A stretch of DNA of 64,000 nucleotides from Mizuhopecten yessoensis (GCF_002113885.1 NW_018407152.1:91092-155091), one strand, 5' to 3'; shown: positions 26,858 through 40,300, counted from the first letter of the stretch. The notes: a model not told the origin generated them from the sequence alone. A program made the numbers and translations.

Positions 26858-27340
26858 CCAGTGGTAGGACGCCGGGCTCGTGAACGAAGGGTTGCGGGTT
26901 CGCGCCACAGGTGCTCGGGTTCTGGAATATATGTGATATAATCGCACCCACTAGATATCGCACCCCCTTATACTAATAAGTCATTTATTAGTATAAGGGG
27001 GTGCGATATCTAGTTATTAGTATAAGGGGGTGCGATATCTAGTGGGTGCGATTATATCACATATATTCCAGAACCCGAGCACCTGTGGTTCGCGGCACGG
27101 CACGGCAATGTGTTGTATTAGTACGTGGTTGGGCAGTGCTAGAATTGTTGAATGCTAGCCGTTAGCGCCGAAATGGCAGCTCCTGCTGTATGCTCCCCAG
27201 GGAGTTGAGAAATATACTGGCTGGTTGCAAAGGCCCTATAAACACGGATAATAATTTGTGAACCGCTTTGAGACGACCTACAAACTTGTTTGTGATAAAG
27301 CGGTATATAAGAACCTCCAATTATTAATTATTATTATTAA
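26858..27340 (+). mobile_element. tRNA-derived SINE (Meta-type central domain) interrupted by a palindromic insertion
   Basis: Partial A box cagtggta, B-box-like ggttcgcgcc, central aaatggcagc..tatgctccccagggagttgag, tail cgctttgag...aaagcggtatataag followed by (TTA)n. Confidence 0.7.
26906..27087. mobile_element. 182-bp foldback CA...TG element inside the SINE B box
   Basis: Near-perfect palindrome cacaggtgctcgggttctgg...ccagaacccgagcacctgtg; flanks GTTCGCGC / GTTCGCGG. Confidence 0.8.
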
Positions 27341-27347
27341 ATTGAAT

Positions 27348-27518
27348 CAGAGACGTATATAACATATAACACGTGTTATATACGTCTCTGATTGACAGCA
27401 CTTTGACCACGGTCTATTTTCTTTGTGTATTTTTTATAGTTAATGAGCATATGTTGAGAAAGGCAAGTAATATTCCGTAAAACCAGACACGTATAAAGCC
27501 ATGTTATATACGTCTCTG
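27348..27518. mobile_element. Two tiny palindromes of one family (27348-27390 and 27484-27518)
   Basis: cagagacgtatataac...gttatatacgtctctg; second copy flanked by exact GTAAAAC duplication, first by ATTGAAT/ATTGACA. Confidence 0.7.
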
Positions 27519-27849
27519 GTAAAACTATGATTAAATTTGTGTATCAATTTTAATTTAGAAAAGATACGTTCGTACAGTCAGTTAAATGAAAAGTAGATCA
27601 CTTTAGTTAACGCGTAACACTGAGGTTTATATAGCATTTATGATTAATCTAATCGAATTTTCATATATCTCTAACTGGTATGATCTAGAATCTTCTCCCG
27701 AAACGTTAGGATCCGTCACTCTTATTTATAGACCATGCATGAATCCCCCCTAATGAATTTTCCCCTTTTCCTAGATTTCATCATATCAAATACACTACCA
27801 TAATGGCCTGTCTAGAGGAACTCCGATAAGGTGGTATTCCGAATTACGT

Positions 27850-28090
27850 AGAACCCCGGATGTAAACGTCACAGATGGAGAGGTCATAGTCACATAATAA
27901 ACATTCACCACTTTGTTGTTGAAAAGTACTTTGATTGGGAGGAATCTGTGATTGTATTTTCTCTATTTTTTTAAATCAGAAATGTCAACACCAGCAAGGA
28001 GACGCCTCATGCGGGATTTCAAAAGGTATGGGCATATATTTTACTGTATTTCTACTCGTACTGGAACAGATGATATCCAAAATGGCTACT
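27850..28090 (+). promoter_or_regulatory. Probable UBE2A promoter motifs
   Basis: ETS-like CCGGATGT near 27856, ACGTCA half-CRE near 27866, YY1-like CAAAATGGCT near 28078; motif matches only. Confidence 0.35.
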
Positions 28091-31000
28091 TTGTAAATGT
28101 TTTGATACTCCTCATACTACTTAAAATGTGACACGCATTAGTATCACGCATGTCGTATATATTATCGTTATGGTTCGATATTGCAGATTACAGGAAGACC
28201 CACCTGCTGGCGTAAGTGGTGCACCAACAGATAATAACATTATGTTATGGAATGCTGTTATATTTGGGTAAGTTCAGATTCTTCATAACAAGCTGTTTGA
28301 ACGTTCCAATGCTTTGTGTTTATTTGGCTTTCGTTCAATACGTTATTACAACCATTTGTCCATATATACAAGTTGATAATACATTATCAATGCTTGGTCA
28401 CATGAATGATTGAGATTCAAAATTTAGCTCACTAGTTAAAACTGACAATGTTGGTTTTGTATTCTGTATCATGTAGCATGTGTACAGGGATTTCCATCGA
28501 GGTACAGTATGTTTCGGTACGACGGTAATCCCTGTTTAATCTCCGTGACCGCTATGTCGACACATGAAGCACTGCTATTATTTTTCGTATACATTGTTTA
28601 TATTATCAATTGTGACATCATACATACGTGCCATTAGTGATCATATGATATACTATTCGTTCCTGGTCGGTTTGCCCCATTGTATAACTAGACTGTTTTG
28701 GATTGAAAATGGATCTCCGTCGAATTCTTCAATTGTAAACAATGAATACAGTAATAAAAAAAGAGTAACAACAGGTGATGTATGAAACTTCTAAGTTAGA
28801 CAAACATGTATAACCTTTTTTTTACTTTCCCCTTCTTTTATAACAAATGAGAAAATCACCTGTGCACAAACATATTTCAAGTTAATTCCTGGTAGATTGA
28901 AGAAGGAACAACATATATTTTAACTAGATCAGAAAATGTGATATACCATATGATGATGTTACAACAGTTCAATTTTGACAGATTATATATATTGTAAATA
29001 TCCTTTTTCATTATTCATTAATGATTCAGACTCTTCAAACTATGTTCTGGTTTGTTTTCATAATCAACGTTCAGTAATTCACCAAAAATGACCATATACA
29101 TATTGTATACCAAGCCATTATCATACTTGCCAGCTCTCCCTAATTTAGAGGGTGAGTCCCAATATGGACCCTAAAATTAAGAATTTCAACCAGTGAATTT
29201 GCTAAACTTTTCCGATTTTGTTAGATCTAATTATTTCACCTGAAAGAACAGCTCGAAAGATGCCATTTCAAAGTGTTATTTTTCTTATGGTGTAACACAT
29301 TTACTTTGTGGTGTTAGTTCTGAGCATGCATAAACTCCCCATTGGAAATTTCCAAAAGTTGGCATGTAGCTAGATATACATTATCCTGAATGGTTCTGTA
29401 TGTATGTGTATACTGAAATGAAAGTGAAAATAGTAAAATCCAGAAAATCCAGCAGTACAAATATGTATGTCAATAAAAAATTGATATGCGATTAAGTGAT
29501 AAACAATGGTTAAATTCATTTATAAACAAATTGTATTGAAAGATTGGGAAAATTTTGACATGAGATATATAATATTCAAAATTTATGAATATGTCTATTA
29601 GAGTCTTACAATATTAACCCTTTCACCACTGTAGACCATAATGGACTCATCCAGATCATGCATGGTAGAGTCTACTAAAGTTACATAGGGGTGAAAGGGT
29701 TAATGTAGATATATACTTCCTTTTAGAATATGCAGCTCTTGAATCTGATCTGCAGAAGATTCTAGGAAAGTTGGATGGTCAGAATATATGACTGGATATA
29801 TACATGATTGTATATGATCATTATAAACATTTCGCATCATAATTTGTGCTGTACTGGTGTATTTGGTGTAAAAATGTTTAATGTATATATTTATTTTCAC
29901 TATTTCAGGCCTCATGATACACCTTTTGAAGATGGAACCTTTAAATTAACTGTAGAATTCACAGAGGAATATCCTAATAAACCACCAACAGTACGATTTG
30001 TATCAAAAATGTTTCACCCAAATGGTAAGCAAGAAAAAAATGGATATCTTGACGACAAAATAATACATTTTATAGCATATTTCAACTTAATAACTTAAGA
30101 ACAATTAATTGGCTTATAGCCTAAAGTAGACAAGACAAGGTTTATCAAACAGGTTTTTGGGGAAGGCTCTAATGTAGTGAAGTATTAGCAATAATTAAAA
30201 TTAACTTTTGAGTTATTGTCATACATTGCATGTATACAGTATCACAACTTTGATGTATTGTCCATGTCAAAATACTGTATGGTTCGTTAAAATCTGTTTC
30301 AGTCTATGCAGATGGCAGTATATGTTTAGATATTCTACAAAATAGATGGAGTCCAACATATGATGCCTCTGCCATATTAACCTCTATACAGGTAAGTCAT
30401 CTGTTAAAGTTTTAGGGGATCTTCTAGCAGTCACTTGACAGTTAACTATAATTTAAAGGTTGTTACTGTTATGTTCAATTAATGTTCCTGTTACGTTCAT
30501 TGTAATATCAGAAACATATGATTGAAATCTAACATGGCAGTAACTTGTCGTAATGGATTTCTATCACCAGATATAAGACGTTATTAAAATTTGTCGTAAT
30601 GGATTTCTATCACCAGATATAAGACGTTATTAAAATACAGCTACTGTTGAATCATGTATTTGTGTACCAGTATGTTAATCCTAAACTTTTTTTATCCTAA
30701 GAAGTTATACCCCGGTAGTGATAGAATGGAAAATAACAACAGTGTAATTTGTCAAATTTTCAGACTTCAATACATAAACTAATTTACTATAAAACTTGTC
30801 TTCAAACATACGTATAAACCCAGCTTTGAGCCAAAGACTGTTGAATTTGTACGCTCCAAAAATGGATTTTGTGATATATATTGTTTTTTTTGCTTGAAAC
30901 CTGCTGCGAGCAGAATATATATTAAACACCAGTGTTACATTTATAATGATTAATAATTAATATACAGTAAAACCCTGTGTAAAGCCACCCGTTTAGCCGC

Positions 31001-33407
31001 CTAACCAACATATCGCCATTAATTTACTCAGAACGGATTTCCCCCCAACGTTTATGCACACGTTGTAATGCCAAACCCGCATACGGCCATCCTCCATCAT
31101 ATTCCCACAACAAATGCTTAAAATGACACTATTTTGACCTCGGTAAATACTGCCAATTTGAGTTGAGTATATCCGGTGACAGGAATGTAACATACATGTA
31201 CATTGTATTGTTACATGTGACTGCCGACTGACCAGATACTGCTAAACTTGTTATACCGCTAAAATCACAGAGGACAGAAGGTGGCGGTATAACAAGGTTT
31301 TACTATTAGCGTGAACCAGTTCTTCTTTATATAGAAGCTTGTTTTGGCTGTAACTTTTATAAACCATAAATGATATCTTTATGAAACTAGAAGTAGGTCA
31401 GAGGTTACTTAAATTGAAGATGCCAATCAAATATCAACATTGACTATTGAGAGGAGATATATATACAAATGTATATGTTTTAGTTCACACCCCCAGCCCA
31501 CTTCAAAGCTTATTTACATTTATATATAATATGTTTCCCAAAAAACGTACAATTTTTCAGAGTCAGTTTTTTGTGTTGAAGAAAAACTATCAAATACTGT
31601 CACTAACTTGTTACAGTACTTATAAAACCTATATCATAAACTATAACCTGACAAATTGAACCTTGTATCCTAAAATTATTTCTTTACAACACTTCATATA
31701 TATAAACTCCTGTATATAAAGAATCTATACCTAATACAAAAGCTAGTTTGTTTGACTGGCTGCTAATTATTTCAGTTTTTTAAAATTAAATTACCCATGA
31801 ATGTTATGTTTTTATTATTAAAAAGAATTATGTAAAAAAATAATTGAAATACAAACTATATGTACAATTAGTTATGCATTCAGGTATAATGCGATGTTAG
31901 TTTTGGCAAATTGCGTTGATAAAAAAGTATGTGTGAAGAATGTTTTATCGCGTAATGGTTTAGCCATTAAGGCAACACCCGAAACAATAACAGTCATTTC
32001 TTTTGCATTTTAGTCTTTACTACATGATCCCAATCCTAATAGCCCTGCAAACAATGAGGCTGCACAGTTGTATCGAGAAAATCGTCGGGAATATGAGAAA
32101 AAAGTTCAATCTATAGTTCAAGAAAGTTGGACGTCCGATAGTGAAGATGAGGAGGAACCTGATAAGAAATCATAGCATTTCATGAAAAATATAAACAAAA
32201 ACTTTATTTGTGCAACTTACAAGCATGTTCTCAACTTTGAGAATCATCATGCCGATTTCGGAGGCCTTTTCCCCCCTCCTTTTTTGAAGTTGAAAGTGGT
32301 TTTTGAGCAACTTGAACTGTTGGTTTGAAGGAAGGACAGTTTTTTGCTGACAGTTAAGATTTTTCATTTGAATAATATGTGCACATGTTAATGTTTTTGA
32401 AAAAGAAATTAGCATGTCTTATAGATTAAACAATATATTACAGATTGGTGATATTTCCTTGCACTGCATTAAATATTGTTGAGGAGATCGTTTGTATAAT
32501 ATCAATATCGCAGTAAACTTAATACTTACATATAATATGGATATGTAGTTTTCTTTTTACAGTTATTTTATTTATTGTTTTATCTGCTTAACTTTTTTCA
32601 TTGTCTTGTTTTTGTGTTGTTTTTTCCATTTGTTTGAAAAATTGATCATGTATTTACCATGCAACATTAGTATATAGATGTCGTACAAGAGTTTTGATGG
32701 AAAAATTGTCATTCCGTGATGAATTTTATGTATTACATTTACATTCATGTCATGGAATTGCCAAAACAAAGAACCTGTGATAATGCATACAGTTTACACG
32801 ATTCCATAGTGTACAACTCTGAAAGATGATTTTCTCTGTCGAAAGTTTAGATACAAATACTGTAATCATCCTGAAATATTATACCAAATTTACAGATATA
32901 AAGACTTCAAACTTGAATTATTAAAATTGACTTATTCTCTGGAATAAACTTTCTGAAATTTAAGATCCAGTATATTGACTTTAACAGAATCTGATAAAAA
33001 TACAGATGTATTGTAAAATGTTTTGATACAAATTTGCATCACACAAGTTTATCAAGTATAATCTACAAGAAAATGACCAATTGAAAAAAAAATAACACTC
33101 TCTGAAATTAGAACCTGAAATTAGAACCTGAAAGTAAAAACCTTCAAGTTTATATACTCTACAATCTTTGACTTTGATAATGTTGCATCGATTTGGATCG
33201 ACGAAAAAGTAAGAGAATGCGATAACAAATCTTACCAAGGGGAAAAATTACCTTTATTTCTGTTCCTTTCAGTCTTTGTTAGATGAACCCAATCCTAACA
33301 GTCCTGCAAATAATGTCGCGGCACAACTGTATCGGGAAAACCGTCGTGAATATGAAAAGAGAGTTAAAGCAGTGGTCGAGGAAAGTTGGATTTATCTGGG
33401 GGATTAA
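27982..33407 (+). CDS. UBE2A: Ubiquitin-conjugating enzyme E2 A/B (RAD6), 154-aa isoform with distal last exon 5B
   Basis: join(27982..28025,28187..28267,29909..30024,30303..30391,33273..33407): [28 protein letters not shown]...[25 protein letters not shown]...[13 protein letters not shown]...SWIYLGD*; catalytic Cys88 TGT at 30323-30325. Confidence 0.97.
29618..29699. mobile_element. piggyBac-like MITE
   Basis: TTAA-CCCTTTCACC...GGTGAAAGGG-TTAA; similar-sized relative at 51512-51594. Confidence 0.7.
30965..31305. mobile_element. Tc1/mariner (pogo-like) MITE, degraded
   Basis: TA-CAGTAAAACCCTG left end, CAAGGTTTTTACTA right end. Confidence 0.5.
32014..32175 (+). CDS. UBE2A: RAD6 alternative proximal last exon 5A with acidic tail (163-aa isoform)
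   Basis: Acceptor tttcttttgcattttag, phase 0, [53 protein letters not shown]; AATAAA at 32943 before exon 5B. Missed by the ORF track. Confidence 0.92.
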   Translation, partial: SLLHDPNPNSPANNEAAQLYRENRREYEKKVQSIVQESWTSDSEDEEEPDKKS

Positions 33408-34011
33408 ACACCTTCATCGTCATCACCTTTCTCATCATTTTCATTTCACTTGTACCTTTGCCATTTTGTGATGTACATGTTCTTGTCATTTCAAATTGTT
33501 TTGTGAAATTCATTGTTAAGATTTGTTCGAGTTTCAGGAAGCTTGAATATTGTTGCAAAATTATAGTTAATGGTTGGGAAATGTTTCTGTGGCAATTTCT
33601 TTACCTTTTGCATAAGATTTACCAAATATATTAGTAAGAGGACTTCCAAAAGTGGAAGCATAAATAATATTGCTTAAATTTGAAAATGCTGCGTGATGAA
33701 AAGTGTGCTTTAATTGTGATGAACAGTGTATAGGTATCGGAAGTAAGGTGTGTTATTATATTTAAGTAAGTATATGTCTAGTTATGCTAGATTTACCAAC
33801 TTTCTTAGCTTGTCAACCAAAGTCAAAGTTGATGAGAAATTATTTCAATGGATTGATTGTTGACCTAATTAAGAATGGCTTGTTACTATATAAATTAGTG
33901 AAAATCCACTACAGGGCTCATTTTGTTGTTCAAACAGAACCTGCATTTGTTTTAAGCCTTCTTGCACATTGTGTTTTAATCTGGAGTCTGTACAACAAGC
34001 AAAATATTTAA

Positions 34012-34403
34012 TAGGGCTGCAACGAAATGCATTCCTCATGATATGATACAAATCGCGGTGTGATGCTTTCAATACGATTTTTATCACAATACAAATATCT
34101 CCTTAAAGGTCAACTTCATAATGATTGCGTGCAGAATTTTGTCAAAGACTAAAATAGTAAATACATGTACTATTGAAATATATTTTTGTATAATTTCTAG
34201 TACTTTTGGGTATGACTGCACAGTGGACCACATCTTTACTGAAGGATTAAAAAAATATAAGTTCACTTTTTAGGAGTTTGATAAAAATTATTGATAATTT
34301 ATGTACTGTTAGTCTATCACGATACAGGAAAACAAAACAATTTGGTACGAAACACAAGAAAGTATCGTGATACAATACAATTTGGTATATTGTTGCAGCC
34401 CTA
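34012..34403. mobile_element. hAT-type MITE in the UBE2A distal 3' UTR
   Basis: TAGGGCTGCAAC / GTTGCAGCCCTA TIRs, subterminal GATAC motifs, similar AT-rich flanks. Confidence 0.7.
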
Positions 34404-36013
34404 AATTTAAGTGTTGCATACGCTGCTATTACTTATCTGTATTTGATTGTATACATGTCCAATGCCAACTGATGTATGTACTGAACATCGGACTCTGGCA
34501 TTGTGCTTGGATGTCCAATATCTACAATTTGATATAATCTACCTGTATTGATGTATTAACACATATTTCAACAAATTGGTTGCAGATTGAAATCTAAAAG
34601 GAGCACATGTATGTCAATTTGTAATACATGTAATAAAATCATGATTTTGATTAATGTTTTTTTTTTAATTACCCGTAGCATCTGGTGTGGATTTGAAGAG
34701 AAACCTCTTTGTAAGAGAATGTATGGTTAAATTTCATTTTAGAAATAATTCAGTTTCATGTTTTTTTTTGTGCTGAAGTAATTTTCCAAGAATGCAGCCA
34801 ATTTATAATTAATACGAGATATCATTACATTTCTACCTGTAATAAATGACAGATTGATAATTTTGTTTTTTCTCCCCAGTTTTACATGGAAAAAGACAAT
34901 CCATTTTGACTATTTCCTCATTGTGTCACTACAGCATACCGGTTTCCTATTTCTGAATCTCGGTCTCGGGTGGTCATGATTGCATTATTGCAAGAGTCCC
35001 AAAACGTAAGATCATTTGATTGAGCTGTTGGGCCTTGGCAACATGACATGTTACAAAAGCTATGAGCATTGATGTACAGTGTTTTCTTACATTTTCACTC
35101 TTGTTCATTGCTAGATTTTTAGACTGGGAAGTTCCTTCTTTTTGATGTTATTGTAGAAAGAGGCTGGCCAATTTTTGTGCTAGGTGCACTTAAAGTGTTG
35201 GATTGTGAAAATCCTTGTTTTTGTTTTAATCTTGAGATATATAACAATAACTTTAGTATAACATGATTTTGGTTATTTGAATTAAATCGGTGCAAGAGAG
35301 ATGCTTTTTTTGTGTTTATTTATCAGTGTTTTCACTACTGTATAACTTGATAGACATGTGTTTACACGGGAAGCGCTATTGTAAATGTAAGTCATTTAGC
35401 AGCACCAGCCTTCACATAGTTCTGTCAGAAGAACAATAGATAAACGAAAATAATTTGCATAGCTTGTCAAAAACAATGAAATGCATCCAATTTTCTTGAC
35501 TGTCATGCATAGATTTGTCTAGTAGAAACATTTGTTCTCCAATTTTTCATCTTGATCACTGTATTTTATCATATATTTACACTGCATTTGTCTAGTTGAC
35601 ATTTTGTTAAAAAAATGCATCTGCATGATTTTAAAGCAGTTTGTAGATTCTGTTATTCTGTGTGAAATCTCCACATTTTGTATTTGAAAGAGATATTGAG
35701 AATAGCATATGTATGTTCACAGTAGACATCAGACAATGATATATCAAGACATTTCTAAACAGTATTTTATTCACTGGATCTTTTCTTTATTATTGTCAGC
35801 ATTGTAATTTTCTTTGTTAAGTTACCGTTATCTACACAGGAAAATCAAAGAACAAAGGTGATATATGTGTAAAGAAACATCTTCCTTCCTGATCGGGTGA
35901 CTGCCGTTGCACGTCATGTAAATGTAGTGGTATGTATAGCCAATGTGTGGATGTACAGACATCTCTGTTTATAACAGAAAGTAGCTTTTGCTAATACTTG
36001 TTGTCTTGTCATA

Positions 36014-36198
36014 TATTCCGTCTTTTCGTATAGCAGTTATCTGCTCTTGTGAGTAGGTATTGATTGTTATGTCATTAGTTTGTGAGAGTAACATCATCAA
36101 TTTTTGAGAAAACAACGTAATTTTCTCGCACACCAATGACATCACAATCAATACCTGCTCACAAGAGAAGGTAACTCTGCAATATGCAAAGGCAGAAT
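36014..36198. mobile_element. Palindromic MITE (second copy at 62386-62575)
   Basis: tattccgtcttttcgta...ttgtgagtaggtattgattg / caatcaatacctgctcacaa; homologous along its length to the 62.4-kb copy. Confidence 0.8.
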
Positions 36199-37340
36199 TG
36201 TAAACAGTATGACAAGTGTACTACATCATATTATCAAATGTAAACAAGTCACTGCCGACAAGTTCTAAGCCTGTGAAGTTTAAGTCCACCTCTATTCTAA
36301 ATACCAGACATTTATATTTGAAAGTCCTATACGGATCAGTATAATAAATGTATGTTATACAGATAAGAGCCTAGGTTACAGTTTATCAATGGGCATGCTC
36401 GTTATCCTGGATTCTACTGATGACGGGGTATGATGTTCCTACTGTCCTATAAGTAGCATGTCTGTATGACATACATTAAGCTTATATAGGCAGAACATTA
36501 TAGGTAATGGTTCTGTGATCTGAGAGTGTGAACTGATTAGGCTTCCACTGTCCGGATATTACTATGTATTTGTATAGTAATTGCATGTATTATTGGACAT
36601 GTTATTGATAACAATCCACTCAAACTAATCATATTGTATCAACACATTGTCTAGTGTGATCATTGTCAAAGTGCAAAATGAAATAAATTTATTTAAATAC
36701 TTATTTGGAGTGATTTTTCTCTCTCTTGATAAATATACTAGTTGAGCAGATTTTGCACAAAGGAGTTTATCAAATAAAAACAAAAAAACAGGAGTTCACT
36801 TGTGTAAAACTCCCTACCCCCAGAAAGTGGAAAAGTGTGGCCTTCGACCTTTTAATCTTGACCAATGACCACCAAATTTAATCTGACATAGAGCTGGAGG
36901 TGATTATACTGTGGTGTTAATTATGAACTACTGTAAAAGTGGAAATTGATTCAGTGTTGAAAAACTTGCATCCAGTAAGTTAGCATGATAATATTTACGT
37001 GATAAATATTGTTTTAAGAACCATTGCCAAAGTGAAAACTACCACACTGCGATCAACTTAAAATTTCCACATTTCCAGGGATTCATGACATCTTGTACAC
37101 AGACTTCTTATTTAACAAAATTTAAAAAAAGTTCAGGTAGGAATGATGATTTCAAGAAACAGAAAAATTGGAAAGATTCAAATCAGAGAACAAAATTCAA
37201 CATTTTATTGGAAGATAAATTAAAGTATAAACAAGTGTTTTGCTTCCCTTAAGTCCCACAGAAATAACTTCCTCAGAAAGGAAGTAAGCTGCACCTATCT
37301 GGTGAGTATTTATAACCAGGGTTGTCATGTGATATCATCG

Positions 37341-40300
37341 TCAGATGGCTAACGGCCTTTGGGGCATACACAGGTTGTAATGGGCGTGCTGATCCCAGAA
37401 GTCCGGTCCTTTCCAGCCACACCATCCCTGGGAAATGGAAAACGTGTACAGATACATCACTAGTACCATAAATATAGCGCTCTTATGAGAGTAAGAGTAC
37501 TAAGACTTCTTATAAAACTTAAATTAAGTGTACTTCAACAGAAAAATAGGTTTACTATGAACTCACTGAATTAGAATATATATATATTTGGGTTATATCA
37601 ATTCCAATTGAATCACATCAAGGAATTGCCACTACAACAAATTTTGTTTTGCAGAAATGATCCAAGTCTCATGATGTATATTATAACTTATGTTTTACTA
37701 AAATCATAATTACAAAACCTAGTGTATCATTGTTTCTTAAAGTAAGCAGCTTCTTCATGTTTTTTTTTTTTTATCCATGACATAGTTCAAAAGAGTACAA
37801 CAAAACACCCACAAACATTGGCATTATGTATTTAATTAGTGCCATCTACTTGATTTAAGTAGGAGATGCTTCATTATAAGTTTTGCTGACTTTCTAAAAC
37901 TCCTTCAGCACACATGTGATATTTAAATTCCACTGCTACTAGTACTGTACTACAGATCTCACTAAAGACCAGGCAGAAGTGGGATGGACCTTGTCCTACA
38001 CATCGACCACTAAAACATGTACACTGTTCACAGCAAAGTGTTAAGTGTAACAACTGTTACTTCCCCGAATCATTTTATGAAAATGATAACACACATATTT
38101 GAAAGCATAATTTGTATTTCTATGCATCTAAACAATTTTTTTCTTAGAAGACATGACACAAATACACAAATGCACAAAGTCAATAGCTCAGCAAAATTAA
38201 GAAGATTTACATACTTTATCCAGAATGACTTTCAGATCTTCAGCACCAGTATAATGAGGATCAAGGATGAGGAATTTCAGGTCTCCAGTCACGTCATTGA
38301 AATCCACCCCTAGGATGGTATGAGCCAATACACCACCACCTACAACAGGTTAAAACAGGGTCAGATAGGCTATTTTACATGTGTTTCAATTAAATGTACG
38401 AAAAAAATACTTGCCATGATTTGCAGCAAACTCTGACAAGGCAGAATGTCAATAGATCCCACAGTGTTCTGTCTTTCACAAAAGCCACATTTAAAAAATT
38501 AGTATTTTGGATATGGCAGTTAAATTATTCAGTTAAAGTTAAATTTACCTATCATGATTGGAGTCCCTTGTGTCTGAAAGTGGAGAGCCAGTTCTCTCCC
38601 TTTAGTTGTCAGCTCTGCACCAGTACTGACAAACATAATCTTTGAAGTTACCTGAAAACAGAAAGTGAAACAATAAGGAAATGTTAAATAGGGACTTGAT
38701 CATTATTGCATCTAGCTGTAAAATACAAAGAAGCTAAAAATAATGTTAATTGGAAGCAGGAAAATAATCCTGTTTGTAAAATGTCTAGAACTCATTCAAA
38801 TCTGTAAAATGTTTCTCTGAACGCCTACACTAAAACCTCAATATAATGCCCATTGTTTCATTTACTTCCTCACTTACTGCCAACATATTTCAAGGTCCCT
38901 TTTTCTTTCCAATTCTTTTATAGGATTATCTCAATTTTTCGCCAAATGCCTTTAAAAGGTTGAATTTCTCTGGACAAATGACACAGCAGTACATTAGGGT
39001 CTTATTCTACTTCGAGAACACAACCTAAAACTTTGTATATATCTGTTTGTCAACTTAGGCTGACAACCTTGTACATGTACTTTGTAATTTAATTTGTCAA
39101 TAAAACCTGTGGATATTAGTTTAATTGGCTCTGCAATAAGATGGTTCTCGTGTAAATGTATGTTGCATACCCCTAAAAGGTGGTCCAGACAGTAGCTGAC
39201 CTCCATTGACCCGATCCACTGGCGTGACCCCACAAATTTGGGATCCTTGTCCCCAACATCAACAAGAGCCTGAAATAAATACCACACTATTCAATGCTAG
39301 TAATATAACGTGTACACATTCTACTACTGTATGACAAGTAATCGTGAAAAGACTAAAACGTCAACTTGCATTTTGTATACTTATCACTTAATATTTTCCT
39401 TCTACATTTAACTGAAAAAGTATAAAATCAATGACACTGTTAACAGGAGTGTTACTTTTCCTAGCTGAAATGTGAAGTGGAAACAAGATGCTTCTCTCGA
39501 GATCAAGGGAACAGTCCTGGATACAGTTTTCACTCCAACAATATAAACTTCATCTTCCTCTCTCAGCGATATCAAACATCAAATTTAATGTTACACAATT
39601 CTTTTCAAAACATTTTTGATATTAGAACAATCAAACTACGTGTTTACTGTTCAGAGCCCGGACCCTCTGCCGACAAGATTTAAAGGGATTCTACCCCTTT
39701 GATTTTAAATGGAGACTAATGTCATCAATTGGAACATATTTGATAGCCATTACTGCCAGCTAACTACTGATTAATATGATGACCCTAAGTCTTCTTTAAC
39801 TTTAGACAAAATCAATAATATATTTTAAAATATGTGACTGAATGTGACGTAGGAATGCAGGTCATCTACTTTAACAAATTATAAATCTCTATATAATACT
39901 CTCTAATTAAAATCATGTCATGTCTCTATAGCTAGCTTCATTTAGAATCAATGTGATATGTTTCGACGTAAAAAAATCAGGGCCCCATGTCACTGCTTTT
40001 TACCTTCTTTAGTAAGGTAGCCATTGACACACGTACCTGCTGCACTTCTTTGTGACTTGCGACAGGTTTTTCTGTGTAGCCCTGCAGCTTGAACCAGGAC
40101 ATGAGAGTTTGCAGAGAGCGGTAAGCACAACCCCACTTGTTGTCATCAAACCTGTCCTGCATGTAATGGTGGTAGCTATAGAGACCATCCACTAGGTACT
40201 GTGTCCCTCCCTTCACTGTAACAAAGCTCATTGATAGATACAGGTTCTCAATTGACAACAAGGAGCCAAAGCTCTCAATACTACCAACAGTGTTTCTGGA

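Noticed and set aside
26858-26905. tRNA gene
   Set aside because: Truncated tRNA-like head without a full cloverleaf, followed by SINE body and tail
32014-32175. Exon 5A as haplotype or assembly duplication, or dead pseudo-exon
   Set aside because: Many synonymous differences from 5B, unrelated flanks, intact acceptor and frame
37335-37343. TGA-C readthrough context at the UFSP2 stop (also ANKRD10 at 13681)
   Set aside because: Next in-frame stop follows within 1-5 codons; no evidence of function
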